This document shows, piece by piece, positions 27,100 through 38,926 of a stretch of 64,000 bases of DNA. The stretch is from Okamejei kenojei. Lineage: Eukaryota. The DNA is taken from contig CM069158.1 of NCBI GenBank assembly GCA_035221665.1, positions 38,502,001-38,566,000 on the forward strand, written 5' to 3'. Under the pieces are notes generated by a model. It was not told where the DNA came from. It did not search any database and saw only the letters and a list, made by a program, of their open reading frames with translations. The stretch's first letter is position 1. Every line of letters begins with the position of its first letter. The translations under genes were made by a program, and so were the position numbers.

Positions 27100-27756
27100 G
27101 GGCCAGTCGCACTTGGCCGTCATTTGCGCCACATTTATGTGTCATATGTAACATAGGTCGACTAGTAATGACGCGCGACGTCGCGCGCAAATCACGCGTC
27201 ATCATGTGTAATTATGCTTCAGCACAGCCGTCTGGTGCGCGTGACGTCATTAGAATCCCCTGCTTCCCTATTCTGCATCATGACCATCATGGAAGATCTA
27301 CAGATTTTATTGCTACAGCAACAACAGAGACTTCTGTTAGCAGCAGCCCTCATACTTACAGATCAGCCTGGCAGGAGTACAACTAGAAAGGCTAGCAAGA
27401 AACCCAGGAAGAGATCTGTGTGGGCGAGGTTAGAGGTTACATGACGCGTAAAAGGCGGGCCGACTGCATATGGGTGGTGTGTGGCGTCACATGTTTACGG
27501 ACGTTGATGCACGGTGATGTAACCATGCGTCGCCAGGCGATGCAGCGTGCGTAGCCAATGCGTCAGCGTGCATAAGCGATACGTCACACCGGTGGCGCAC
27601 AACGAATTCCTGGAACGCCGTGCGATACCACGTGCCACTGCATGCGATTCCATGCCTCACCATGCGCAATGAGTGCGTCACCCTCACGCCCCCCCCCCAC
27701 CCCACGCGTCACGACGCGTAAATGAGGCGCAAATGACGGCCAAGTGGGACAGGCCC
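27100..27756. mobile_element. CpG-rich MITE flanked by TTAA (PIF/Harbinger- or Kolobok-like)
   Basis: TIRs GGGCCAGTCGCACTTGGCCGTCATTTGCGCC and GGCGCAAATGACGGCCAAGTGGGACAGGCCC. TTAA at 27096-27099 and 27757-27760. It splits a tgctgga...ctcagcgggtcaggca repeat. Confidence 0.85.
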
Positions 27757-28591
27757 TTAACTCAGCGGGTCAGGCAAGCAGTAAAGCAACAACTGCAATC
27801 GCTTGTTCCTACTGCTCAAAGCTGGGAACACTCAGAAAATGAAAAGAGGTGAAGTAATATATTACTGCTTGCTCACTAGCATTTTTAACTTGTTTTCACT
27901 GCAAAAATGTCACAAAATGTTGCACACATTCTTGTTATGCCACTAAATATAATCTTAGATTTCTGCGGAAAATGTAGAATGTCCCTATTGTAGTTGTTGG
28001 AATGAGGCACCGTTTGCACACAGGTCAATGTGGAGCTCATAGCAAGCACATCCTGACAGCTATTTCAACAATTGCTGTAATTTTAGCAATCGCCAATTTT
28101 AAGCTCTCAATAAAGTCAACAGTTATAAGTGGTCTCTGTTCCATTTTGATAGTCAAATGTGTAAAGAGATCAAAAGAAATAGACTTGTTCTGGGGTAATC
28201 TCTGCTCTGTATTTCCTGCATTCTGTCAGGCCATTATAGTAACAATGTTTTATTCATACAAACTATGACTGAAATTCAAGCAGTCAGCAACTCTTCTCAA
28301 TTTCCTTTGAAGGATAAAATTACAATATTTTATGATGTACAAAAAGCTGTTCAATTGGTCTGTTGCTTGAACATTGTGCAAATATTGGCATTTTCAGTGT
28401 GTGACGTGCAGTAATTGTAGTGTGAAGTCCACCACCTCTCCATCAGCCATCCCTCTAAGGCTGGCATTGCCGGAGGCAAGCCTTGGTGTTAATAGTCCTA
28501 TCTAATACGGATGCTCCTTCAGTCAGATTGTATCTCAATTTGGGGTAATGAAGCCTGGAAATGAAAAGTTGCCTCGTCTTCCAGAACCTAT

Positions 28592-28708
28592 CTTTAGTTT
28601 AATTTAGAGATGCATTACGGAAACAGGCCCTTCGGCCCACCGAGTCCGCACCAACCAGCGATCCCCGCACACTAACATATTCCTTCACACGCTAAGGACA
28701 ATTTACCT
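28592..28708 (-). mobile_element. HE1-type SINE 3' tail fragment
   Basis: Reads tttagtttaatttagaga...aaacaggcccttcggcccaccgagtccgcacc. The same tail occurs in tandem on + at 56680-56843. Confidence 0.6.
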
Positions 28709-30543
28709 TAAGGATCAGTTCCTACACAGTGAAACACATGATCCCATACCTTCAAAGAAGTTAATTGGGTTAGATTGACTGAAATAGCTTAACCTGTCCT
28801 CATAAATTGGGAAGGTGCTTTAAAAACAGCTTTAAAATAATGAATAAAAAAAGAGACCCTTCTTCACAGTACAGGAGTCAGAGCACCATGTTATAGATGT
28901 ACAAGACATTGATAAGGCCATCCACTTGTGTTGGCACTTTCATGGAGTCACAGAGTCATGTAATTATGTACGTTCACCCCTCAATCTCTCGGTTCCACAC
29001 CACTCCCCCGGCCTGACCATTTGCTGTGCAGGTCCAGTCCTGCATTGTCCTATCAAAATGCTGCTCCTTGCGTCGATCTGAATAAACCGTTTACCGTTCC
29101 TCGGCCCATTGGAGGCTCATCTTTCTCCCTCTGCTTCCTCACGGCCTTGCACCAGGCTCCCACTCTGATGCACATCTTCTTCTGCTCTTACTCTAGAAGT
29201 CACCAAATCATCTCCACTGACTTTCATTTTCTGGACCAACTCCCAAATGTTCAACGTTGACACGACTGTTCTCAGTCTTTCTGCAGTTCACTGGCGAGGC
29301 TGTATTAGGCTGTCGTTCATCTACGGACAGAGAGAGGAGAATTGGGTTGCAAAAATGGGCTGCAGCAAAGTAATCAAACAATGACTTTCTGTCAAACACA
29401 CGGAACCTGCCAAATATATTAAACAATCAAGGTTCAGTAAATATGAACAAACTAGTATTACTCACAAATACACCAAAAATGTGCAAGCTTCAACACTGAT
29501 AAGGAGCCGATGAACGACACCGCAGATTTCTGAAAGATGTGATTTTAGATATAGTGGATTATCTGTTTATCGTCTTCTGAATATTTATATATTCAGGAAT
29601 TGTTTGTGTAACAAATGTGATTCAACTATCTATGAACAGAGGAAAGGAGTTGTTGGGGAAGAACTGATCCGTTATCCTCATGACAGTGAGCGGGAGAATG
29701 CTGGAGTCTGTAATGAAGTGCAAATAAATGATACAGTTGTGCAAAGTCAACACACATTAATAAAGTGAAGGGAAAGGCAGGAGAGGGTGAAGAATTGGTC
29801 AGTGATAGGCGGATACAGACAAGGAGGGAAATTTGCAGATGGATAGAGATGGTAGCCAAAACTGGAGGTGAAATAGAAATAAAGGGGTGCAGATGTGCAA
29901 TCTGATCAGGAGATCGGGAGTGAACTGCAGAACCTGAGGGAGGATTGGTCGGAGGAAGGGGATAGGAGTGGGAATGGGAGGAAACTGGGGAGGGAAGGTG
30001 ACAGAGTAGGGAGGGATGTGAGATGAATGGATGGAGGAAGGAACTGAGTGATGGGGTGGTGGGTGGAAACAGGGTTGCGCCCTGGGCAGGCAGGGTATGA
30101 GGAGATTGGATAAATGAGAAGGAGAGGTGGGTTACCGAGACCATACGTGGACTGGCACACTGGAGGGATAGATGTCTGCAGATTCAGTTTCACCCAAGTA
30201 CGGATGTGTTTACCACAGAGGGAGAATAGTGAGGATGTGTGGGGTATTTCCAGAGATGTTTAAAATGGTCAACAAATGTGAGAACGTGTCATTGAAACTT
30301 ACTGAATTGTTCAAAGTCTTTGACAGAGTAGATGCAGGGAGAATGGGTCCTTCCCCGAAACACACAGCCTAGGACTATGGTGCCCAGTCTCAGAACGAGG
30401 AGCTGTTTATTTAGGACTAAGATGAGGAGCAATGTCTTCACTCGGGGCTGGTGAGTCTTGGACTTTCTCAGCGCCAGTGGGCTGTGGCGGTTCAATGTGG
30501 GAATTCAAAGCGGACAGACAGATTTCTCCACATTAAGAGAGTT

Positions 30544-30694
30544 CTTCTTCTTCTTCTTCGTCTTCTTTCGTGTGGCGTGCACGGCCTAAAGTTGTCGGAC
30601 AACTTGTTCTATTTGATCTTCCGTTTGTGCACGTCGAGTTGATTGCATTAGTCGAAACAAGACGGACCACGTGAAGGTTGCAATCTTCCACCCC
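30544..30694 (-). mobile_element. Short non-autonomous non-LTR element (Ingi/Vingi- or RTE-like) with a 5' HDV-like ribozyme and a (GAA)n tail, copy 1
   Basis: 12-bp TSD attaagagagtt (30532-30543) / attatgagagtt (30695-30706), a GAA tail, and homology to 43368-43496. Confidence 0.85.
30641..30694 (-). ncRNA. Minimal HDV/CPEB3-like self-cleaving ribozyme (predicted)
   Basis: GGGGTGG(P1)-AA-GATTGCA(P2)-ACC(P3)-TTCACGT(L3)-GGT(P3')-CCGTCTT(P1')-GTTTCGA-CTAA(J4/2)-TGCAATC(P2'). Confidence 0.78.
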
Positions 30695-31194
30695 ATTATG
30701 AGAGTTGAGGGATATGGTAAAAGTGTGGGAAATTGTGCCGTTATCAGGTGGAGCAGACGTGCAGTGCTGTTTGGTCATCCTGCCCCTATCATGACAAATG
30801 GAGGCTTTGGAAATACTACTGCAAATCTTCTGCTGCATAATCTTGTCGTGATCATGATGTGATACTTGCTACATTTGCTGACCGGGGACAATATCTTTAT
30901 GTGGCCAGACTTCACCCGATAAAGTGAATCCATAATTCTCAACGTTCATAGAGTTGCACAGGCCCATCAGCCCAACTTGCCCATACTGACCTATCCATGT
31001 ACCCAGTCTAAATGTCACTTCAACATTGTGAAAGCATATCTCATATATCTCTGATTGAATATCCTTTGTTAATATTATTTATTCTCACCTCAAACCCACA
31101 TCTGGTACTACTCACTGTTTAGCCAGACCACACCATCTTTGGTTCAAAATGAAAGGATTTCCTTTGGTTTTCTTTGAATTATACATGTGCATGC

Positions 31195-32158
31195 TTGAGA
31201 TGAGGAAGAACCTTTTCACCCAGAGAGTTGTGAATTTGAGGAATTCTCTGCCTCAGAAGGCGGTGGAGTCCGATTCACTGGTTGCATTCAAAAGAAAGTT
31301 CAGATAGAGCTCTTAGGGCTAGCAAAATCAAGGGATATGGGGAGAAGGCAGGAACAGCGTACCAATTGTGGATGATCAGCCATGATTACATTGAATGGCG
31401 ATGCTGGCTCAAAGGGCCGAATGGCCTACTCCTGCACCTATATTCTATGTTTCTATGCTTCAGCCAAAGCATAAGTGAGATCATGTGATAGGAGTAGAAT
31501 TAGGCCATTCGGCCCATCAAGCCTTCTCCGCCATTCACTCATGGCTGATCTATCTTTCCCTCCTAACCCCATTCTCCTGCCTTTTCACTTTGCCTCCACA
31601 GCCTCCATGGCAAAGAATTCCACAGATTCACCACCCTCTGACTAAATGAATTTCTCCTCATCTCCTTCCTAAAAGATTGTCCTTTAATTCTGAGGCTGTG
31701 ACTCTATCCAGGCCTTTCACTATTCTGTACATTTCAATGAGGTCCCCCTCATTCTTCCAGCGAGTACAGGCCCAGTGCCGACAAACGCTCATCACAGGTT
31801 AACCCACTCATTCCTGGGATCATTCTTGTAAACCATTGACTTACTTCTCAAGAAGGAATAATTGTAACTGCTTGGCTTCACTCTCCACACTCCCCCTCAT
31901 GCTGAAAGAGGCATACAACATGGAAACAGATCCTTCAGCCCAACTTGCCCATGACGACCAAGATGTCTGATCTACACTAGCCCCACCTGCGTGTGTTTGG
32001 CCCATATCCATCTAACCCTTCCCTGTCCATGTACCTGTCCAAATGTTGTTATAGTACGTGCCTCAACTACCTCATGGGGCAACTCATTCCATACACCCAA
32101 CACCCTCTGTGACAATGTTACCCCTCAGGTTCCTATTAAATCTTTCCCCCTTCACTTT
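31195..32158. mobile_element. CR1 3' fragments in both orientations; the last one is the DIRS target
   Basis: CR1 3' UTR and FTQRVV-type sequence. The fragment resumes at 37380 (cctatgtcct). Confidence 0.8.
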
Positions 32159-32612
32159 AATAGTAAGATCAAACAAGAACTTACCAGTTTGAAGTTTGAT
32201 CTTTATTTTATGAGGAGTTGCGATGAGGGATTTCGTGAAGACCCTGCCAGCACGCATGCGCGACATTCTTCAAAGCAGCGGTGTGGAATCACAGATAACA
32301 ACAATGACTGAAGATAGTAAAATTAAAGAGACTCGAATATACCAGTTGACCTTATGATAGAGGGTTGGGAGCAGAGGGCACGAAATCCCTCATTGTAAAT
32401 CTTACTATTTTACTTCGGAGTCACGTGAGTGACTTCGTGAAGATTTCAAAGCTCTGTGATTTCATGCCCTGGACGACGTCCATGTTCTCACACTGCCGCA
32501 ATACTGATGGAGGAAGTATGTTACTGCATTCCAGACTTGAACAAGCTGAAAAAGTAATGAGTATTTATTAATACAAATAATAACAAAACCCCTAACTCGG
32601 GGATAAATTATA

Positions 32613-33573
32613 CTATGGAACGGCACTCAGCACAGCTTCCGCAAACGTTGCGGGGGCAGCCACCGGCTTATTGTAGAAGCGTTGAAAAGTGGTCTCACTG
32701 GCCCAGCCCGTGGTAGCGAGGACATGATCCATGCGAACCTCCATGGTCCTTGCCGCTGATGTGGATGCAGCCCTGGTAGAATGAGATTTAAAAATATTAG
32801 TGTCTATACCTGCTGCACCCAACACCACCCTGAGCCACCTGGCGATAGTCTGCACAGTCACCCAGTGATGTGGGTTCTTGTGGCTGATGAGTAGTCCCTG
32901 CTCCATCTTCCGGATGGTGCGTGTGATCTTGATGTAATACCGGAGATGGGTGGCTATGCAGAGGGTGGCATCAGTGGGGTATGTCGGAATTCCAGCTGCA
33001 GCCCTGTAGATCCTGGTCTATGCTGCTTTAGTAACTCTTCTATGAAGAAGGTTACCTTCTCAGGGGTCGAGACCATCTGTCCAGTTGCAGTTTCTGCAAG
33101 GTCTGAACCCGCTGTGCTTCGGTCAGTGCCATCAACATCACCACTTTAAAGGTGAGTTTATCGAGCGGTAACCCTGTCATGGGGGACCAGCTCCTTAGTA
33201 GGGTCAACGCCACCCCTACATCCCAGGTGATGTTGTATCTGGGTCATGGAAGGTTGGTATTAAATACACCCCTCATAAATTTGGACACCAATTGGTGTGA
33301 GCCCACACCAATGTTGAGGTATGAGGAGAGCGCACTCCTGGCGCTATTGATGGCACTGTAGCTGAGACCCTCATCATAATGAAGGCCCGCGAGGAATTCC
33401 AGTACGCCAGGGATCGTGGCAGAGTTGTAAGTTGCATTTGTTCATGTGCAGTAGGCTTTCCACTTCCTGATTTGGGTAAGGTATTGCTTCCTGGTAGATG
33501 CCCTGCACGATGCTGTGATGAGGTCCATGGCCCTGGATGATATGCCGGACTGCAGTAGTGGCCTCCTCAGAAC
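32613..33573 (-). pseudogene. DIRS tyrosine recombinase (stops/frameshifts)
   Basis: Motifs GISSRAMDLITAS.RASTRKQY...W, PGVLEFL...LSYSAINSARSALSSYL, FKSHSTRAASTS and GWASETTFQRFYNK. Confidence 0.9.
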
Positions 33574-35470
33574 CTGCAAGCCAACAGGTTTAGGTGATCA
33601 TGGCACGGGTGAATTTCCCCAGTAATGGGATTAGTGACCAAATTGGGGCTTTTAGCAATTTGTAGCCATGGAATTTTTAGCATATGGAGGACCACCGGGA
33701 ACCATGGTTGTGTAGGCCAGTCAGTTATGATCAGTATGCCTGATGCAGAATCCAGTTCAATTTTCTGCAATACCTGACTGATGAGGCAGAATGGGGGAAA
33801 TGCATAGCAGAACCATTTCCCCCAATGGAGAGAAAATGCATCCATTGCTACTGCCCCAGGGTCTGGTTCCCAAGACACATATGTTGGTATCTGATGGTTC
33901 AACCTAGACGCAAAAAGGTCGATATCTGGTGTACCAAATTTAGCTATAATTTTAGCAAATATTTGGGGATTCAACATCCACTCGATGTTATCATTGAATA
34001 CTCGTGACCTGGTGTCCGCCACTGTATTGAGCTTCCCTGGAAGGTAGTTTGCTGATATCCAAATATTTCTTTCAATACACCAGAGCCAAATTGTGTTTAC
34101 CAATTCGTCACAAGATACTGACCTGATACCACCCATATGATTTATATAAGCCACCCACAGTGGTATTATGTATTTGAAGACGGACATGCGTATGATGTAA
34201 ATTTGTGCAGTATGCCCGCAGCCCATGAAAAGCTCCTAGCATTTCCAAATAGTTTATACCTTGTGACTGAAGAAGAGTGGACTTGTGAGAATCCCATCTG
34301 CTCCCCAGCCTTGGGTGCTTGATTCGATTTGTAACATCACTGATGGGTTGCAGAGAATGATGGGTTTGCAACACTCACTAATATTGTTAACCCACCATTG
34401 TAGCTCAATTTTAGCCTTGATCGGCAGCTGCATAGGTCTGTCAAAGTGTCCAGCATTTGCTTTTAATGCTGAAATTTTTGCTCTTTGCAAATTTTGATAA
34501 TATAATGGGCCAAATTGTGCAGCTGAAAATGTAGCTACGAGTTTCCCAATCACCTTAGCAGCATGCCTGATGGTTGGCACCCTGGCGCAAGCAAGGCTGT
34601 TACATGCATCTTTTATGGCTATTGCTTTGCCGGCTGGGATAGTGGCAATCATTTGATTGGTGTTAATAGTGAATCCCAGGTAGTCCATGACTTGAGACGG
34701 GGTGAATTTAGATTTGTCTGGATGGATGACAAATCCTAGCGTCTCGAATAATAATTTGGTAGCTGTAACTGCCAGCTCAGTTAATTCAAGGGTTTCCCCC
34801 ACTATTAATATATCGTCTAAGTATGCCATGATGATATAATTTTGTTGTCTAAGGGACGCCAAAATAGGTTTGATAATTTTCGTAAATAGCCTAGGGGCTG
34901 TTGTAATTCCATTGGGCAAGGCTTTATATTGCCATAATTGACCCCTCCAGACAAATTTTAAGAATTTCCTATGATGCTCTATAATAGGCACTGTATAGTA
35001 TGCATCTTTTAAATCGATGCAGGCCATAAAGTACCCTTTAGAAATCAGCTGTTTAGCTGTTTCAAATGTCTCCATTTTGAAATGGGTATATTGTACAAAA
35101 GTATTCAAATGGGTTAGATCTATAATAATGCGACATCCACCATCTTTTTTAGTTTTTGTAAAGATGTTGGACACAAACTCATGAGGTTCATGTGCCATTT
35201 TTTCTATCACCCCTTTGGCTGACAGCCTTAAGATTTCTACATGTCCTTCCTCTATCTCTTTTTGAGAGAGCGCAAACATGCGATGAGGTACAAGTTGCAT
35301 AGGGGGGAAGTTTCCCATTAATAAACTATTTCATAACCCTGAATACTTTGTAGAATAAAGGGATCTGAAGTTATCGTACCCCATGCACCCCAAAATGCCC
35401 GCAACCGTCCTCCTACTTGTGAGGTTACAATTGCTACTTTTTTTAAAGAACCAGACCCCCTTACCTCCAT
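33567..35470 (-). pseudogene. DIRS pol: reverse transcriptase, RNase H and Dam-like adenine methyltransferase domains (frameshifted)
   Basis: N-terminus VGGRLRAFW...DPFILQSIQGY. RT motifs IDLKDAY, LPNGITTAP and YLDD. RNase H INYLEMLGAF. Methyltransferase DIDLFASRLN...YAFPPF. Confidence 0.93.
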
Positions 35471-35570
35471 AGTTATCGGCGGGGCCTGGTGTGTTGTGCT
35501 TTCGCCGGCCGTTGTGTTGCTGGGTAGGGCTGTTGCCGCATCTTCTATGCGGACTTCTGCTGGCCCTGCC

Positions 35571-37180
35571 CTATAAAAGGCTTCTGCTGTTGGGGAGCGG
35601 GTGGCGGATAAGCTCTTGGTGCCCTATCCGGCTGACCCCGAGGCTTGGAGTTGGGTAAGGTTGGGGTCTTCGGTATGCCTGTGTCCTGGTTGTTGATGGA
35701 GGTTTCATTAGCCCCACGGTTTTGGCCTCCTCATCCAGTTCTTTGACCTGCTGAGGCAGGTCCTCCCCAAACAGCTGTCTTGGTGGTGGTGTGGTGGAGG
35801 TACGACACAACCCAGCAAATTTTGGGTTGAGGGTGGGCCGGATGGAGCTTTTCCGAAAGCAGTTGATCTCAAACAGGGTATTGCACAACAGGGCGAGAGC
35901 ATCCTGCTGTTCTCCAGTTACGTTGGCCCCATCGAGGGTCCTGGCAAACGCCGTGATGCCCAACGTCAACAGCTTCTGGATTTTTTGAATTTTGAGCTCC
36001 TGGGCCCTGATACTGGGACTGATGTTCCCCCAGATAGGTAGGTTGACGGTTGGAAGGTTCAGGGTAACACAATTCTCTGGAGCCTTGTATTTTTCCATGG
36101 CCTCTGTGAGTTCCTGTTCTTGGAGCTGGTGTGTGGCCAGAAAATTGATACTCGCCGCCAGTTTTGGGTGCAGCGGTTTCCCTGAACGCACAGGCTTAGC
36201 AAACTTCGAAACTACGTCCAACAGATCTTCTTCTGGTTCTCCCGAAGCAGTGGGCCCTTCTACCGTGGCCTCTTCATCAAAGTCGGCCATCTGCTGCCTT
36301 CTGGCACTGCCGGCGGATGAGGGAGAAATACTAGGTGGCGGCATAATCTGGCACCTAGACCGCTGGGCCCCACGCTCGTGTCGATCCAGGACTCGTTGGA
36401 GTAGTTGCTCCACCATAAGCTCCATCCTAGCCATGCGCCCGCTCCTGCGGGGCCGTACAACTCCCGCGCGGACATGCCGCTAGTCCGCCGTCGTTCGGAC
36501 TGTAGCGGCCCCCCTGCCTGATAGGAAGGCAGTGGTGATGAGTCGGTGCCGGCTCCCGCAGCCGGGCTCCCCGACGTCCGCGCGGGCTTACCGCTACTTC
36601 TGACCACATGGGTCTGTGACGGCGCATGGTCGTCGCTTACTGCCTCAGCGGGGCCGCACGACCAAAATCCGCTGCCACCGGCCTGCACTCTGGCAGCCTG
36701 ACCCGGTGGTGTGCCGGTACCTCCTGCTCCTGCAGGGCACCCCGACTCTCCAGCAGAACTCCCACCGGCCTGCAACCTAGCAGGTTTCCCGGCAGTATGT
36801 CGATGCCTGCCGCAGCTGCGGGGCTCGACTTCGACGCAGCTCTCCCCCGGGTCTACCCTCTGGGGACCTGTAAAAGAGGGGAAGTAGAACGCGCCGCTGT
36901 GCGAGGCACGTTAGGACGTACCTGCTTACTACCTGACTTTGGGCGATGGCAGTGTGAAGTCAGGGTCTGTAATACCCTTCTCCTCTGCGGAGCTCCATCC
37001 AGTCTATTGTGGAGGAGAATCAGGCCCTACTAACTCCGTAGGGTTCCCCAACTGCCGCACCTTTTTACCCGGCCGTGATACGGGTGCTGCCGGTGTTGCG
37101 GGCAGCTCCGAGGATGTTGGCCGCTGACTTCCTGGAGTCCCGCGGCCCTTCGAAAGTTTAGATTTTCCTTTTCCTTCCAT
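35571..37180 (-). pseudogene. DIRS gag-like ORF1 (interrupted)
   Basis: ORF 35571-36434 (KYKAPENCVTL..P.VN..IW...RQLFGEDL) lies upstream of pol. A basic N-terminus MEGKGKSK starts at 37180. Confidence 0.8.
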
Positions 37181-37409
37181 CGATGCTGTAGATAGAAACA
37201 CACTATCTACAGAAACCAGCTGAAGGTTAGTATTACTTACCTTAAGCGTCTTTTTGAGAGGAGCTGTTGGGGAGCGCACTCCCCCCCCAGCTGTCGACAG
37301 CAAATGCGAGTGACAATATGTCGTGCATGCGTGCTGATGGGGTCTTCACGAAGTCACTCACGTGACTCTGAAGTAAAATCCTATGTCCTAAACCTCTACA
37401 TGCTGCACT

Positions 37410-37690
37410 CTGATGCTGGTGTGCAGTTCTGGTCGTTCCATTGCAGGAAGATGTAGAGGCTGTGGAGAGGGTGCAGAGAGTTAACCAGAATGCTGCCGGA
37501 GATAGAGGATATTCACTAGGAGAGGTTGGACAATTTGGATTGTTTTCTCTGGAGTGCCAGAGGTTGAAGGAGAATTGCTAAGTTTATAAAATGATGCCAG
37601 GCGTAGATAGACTGTCTGAACCTTCTCTCTCTAGTGGAAATATCAAAGAGTAGAGGGCACGGCTTTAAGGTCAGAGGACAAAGGTTAACG
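37410..37690 (+). mobile_element. Degenerate CR1 fragment
   Basis: gtgcagttctggtc...gagagggtgcagag...ttttctctggag matches the CR1 ORF2 C-terminus. Confidence 0.7.
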
Positions 37691-37904
37691 GAGTATGTAA
37701 TGAACTAATTTACCCTGGAGATTATTTCCACTTGTTCCCACACGAGGTGAATGACTGAGTCCATTGTATCATTCGTGTTGCCGAACATATCCCAGATGTT
37801 CAATATCTGTCAAGATCACTGTTCTACTTATGAAACCTTTTCTCCTTTTTCCTCACACTGAATCATCATCCTTATACCCCTCCAAGTAACAATGTTCTAT
37901 CCTT

Positions 37905-38087
37905 GCGTAGGAAGGAATTGCAGATGCTTGCTTAAACAGAAGATAGACACAAAATGCTGGAGTAACTCAGCGAGACAGGCAGCATCTCTGGAGAGAAGGA
38001 ATGGGTCTCAACCCAAAACGTCACCCATTCCTTCTCTCCAGGGATGCTGCCTGTCTCGCTGAGTTACTCCAGCATTTTGTGTCTATT
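37905..38087. mobile_element. Near-perfect inverted pair of Penelope-derived repeats
   Basis: Arms atagacacaaaatgctggagtaactcagcgagacaggcagcatc...gaaggaatgggt and acccattccttc...gatgctgcctgtctcgctgagttactccagcattttgtgtctat. Confidence 0.85.
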
Positions 38088-38835
38088 TAATCTTCCTTCC
38101 TTGTTGCCAGTCATAGTGGTATTGGTGGGATCTATTGCTGCCCACATTGTAAATAAACTCAGTATAAACGGTAACACTGTCTATTCAAAGTAGTGGCCTA
38201 GCTTTGGGCACCAGGTAACACTGCAGGTTCCAAACTCCACGACATGTCTGTAGGGATCATTCACTACAGAATAGATTGTATTTTCATATGTGACCGGGCC
38301 CCATAGCATTACTTATGGTAAAGTAGTTCATTTGATTTTTATACCAATTGTCGAATGTGTGGGAGTGGGGATGGTATAATAGTCTATAAAAGATAGAAAA
38401 TACAGGCTTTACAAAAGACTTCAGCTGTTATCTATGCGTACGCATCACTGCAATAAATGGAATGCTGACCTGAACTGGAAGAAATTATTTGAAAAATATA
38501 TAAGATATTATCTGCCTAAGATTCATCCTCTGATTGCACAGAGATGGTGTGAAGACTGCATCACCCTTCCATCTGCAATCAACCTTCAGCTGTTAATACA
38601 GCAGAGGGAGACAGCAAACCCACTGCTTATTTACAGTGGTTTATTTTCCACCATGGAATTGATTTCTGTGTCACATGGATGCAGTATAGGTTAGTTACAA
38701 GAAACTCTGTGGGTAATTGACTTTCTGTTTCCCTGCTTCCAATGAAGTATGGTGTTGAGCTATGACCGATTCTCTGAGCGTTAACGTGAACCGTTTCTCA
38801 TTCTTGTACAACCTGACACTGGTGATCTGTTCCAG

Positions 38836-38926
38836 ATGGACAGACTGGAAGCTCTCGGACCAAGTATCAGCGGGATGGCCCGTTGTCCTTACGATCCCAA
38901 ACAGGCCAACGTTGCTCTCTACGCTG
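38836..38926 (+). CDS. SEMA6B: Semaphorin-6 Sema-domain exon (91 bp): [30 protein letters not shown]
   Basis: Boundaries ccag|...|gtaaga, motif SGMARCPYD, and phase 0 to 1, which joins the next exon. Confidence 0.93.

Larger units (their letters stand above)
32159..37379 (-). mobile_element. Near full-length DIRS1-type tyrosine-recombinase retrotransposon (degenerate)
   Basis: Order gag - RT/RNaseH/methyltransferase - YR. ITRs at ~37317-37352 and 32232-32266, ICR at ~32379-32443, and AAT (ATT on minus) at both junctions. Confidence 0.95.

Noticed and set aside
33567-34226. Dam-like methyltransferase as a bacterial transfer or restriction-modification system
   Set aside because: This is the standard MT domain of DIRS1 pol.
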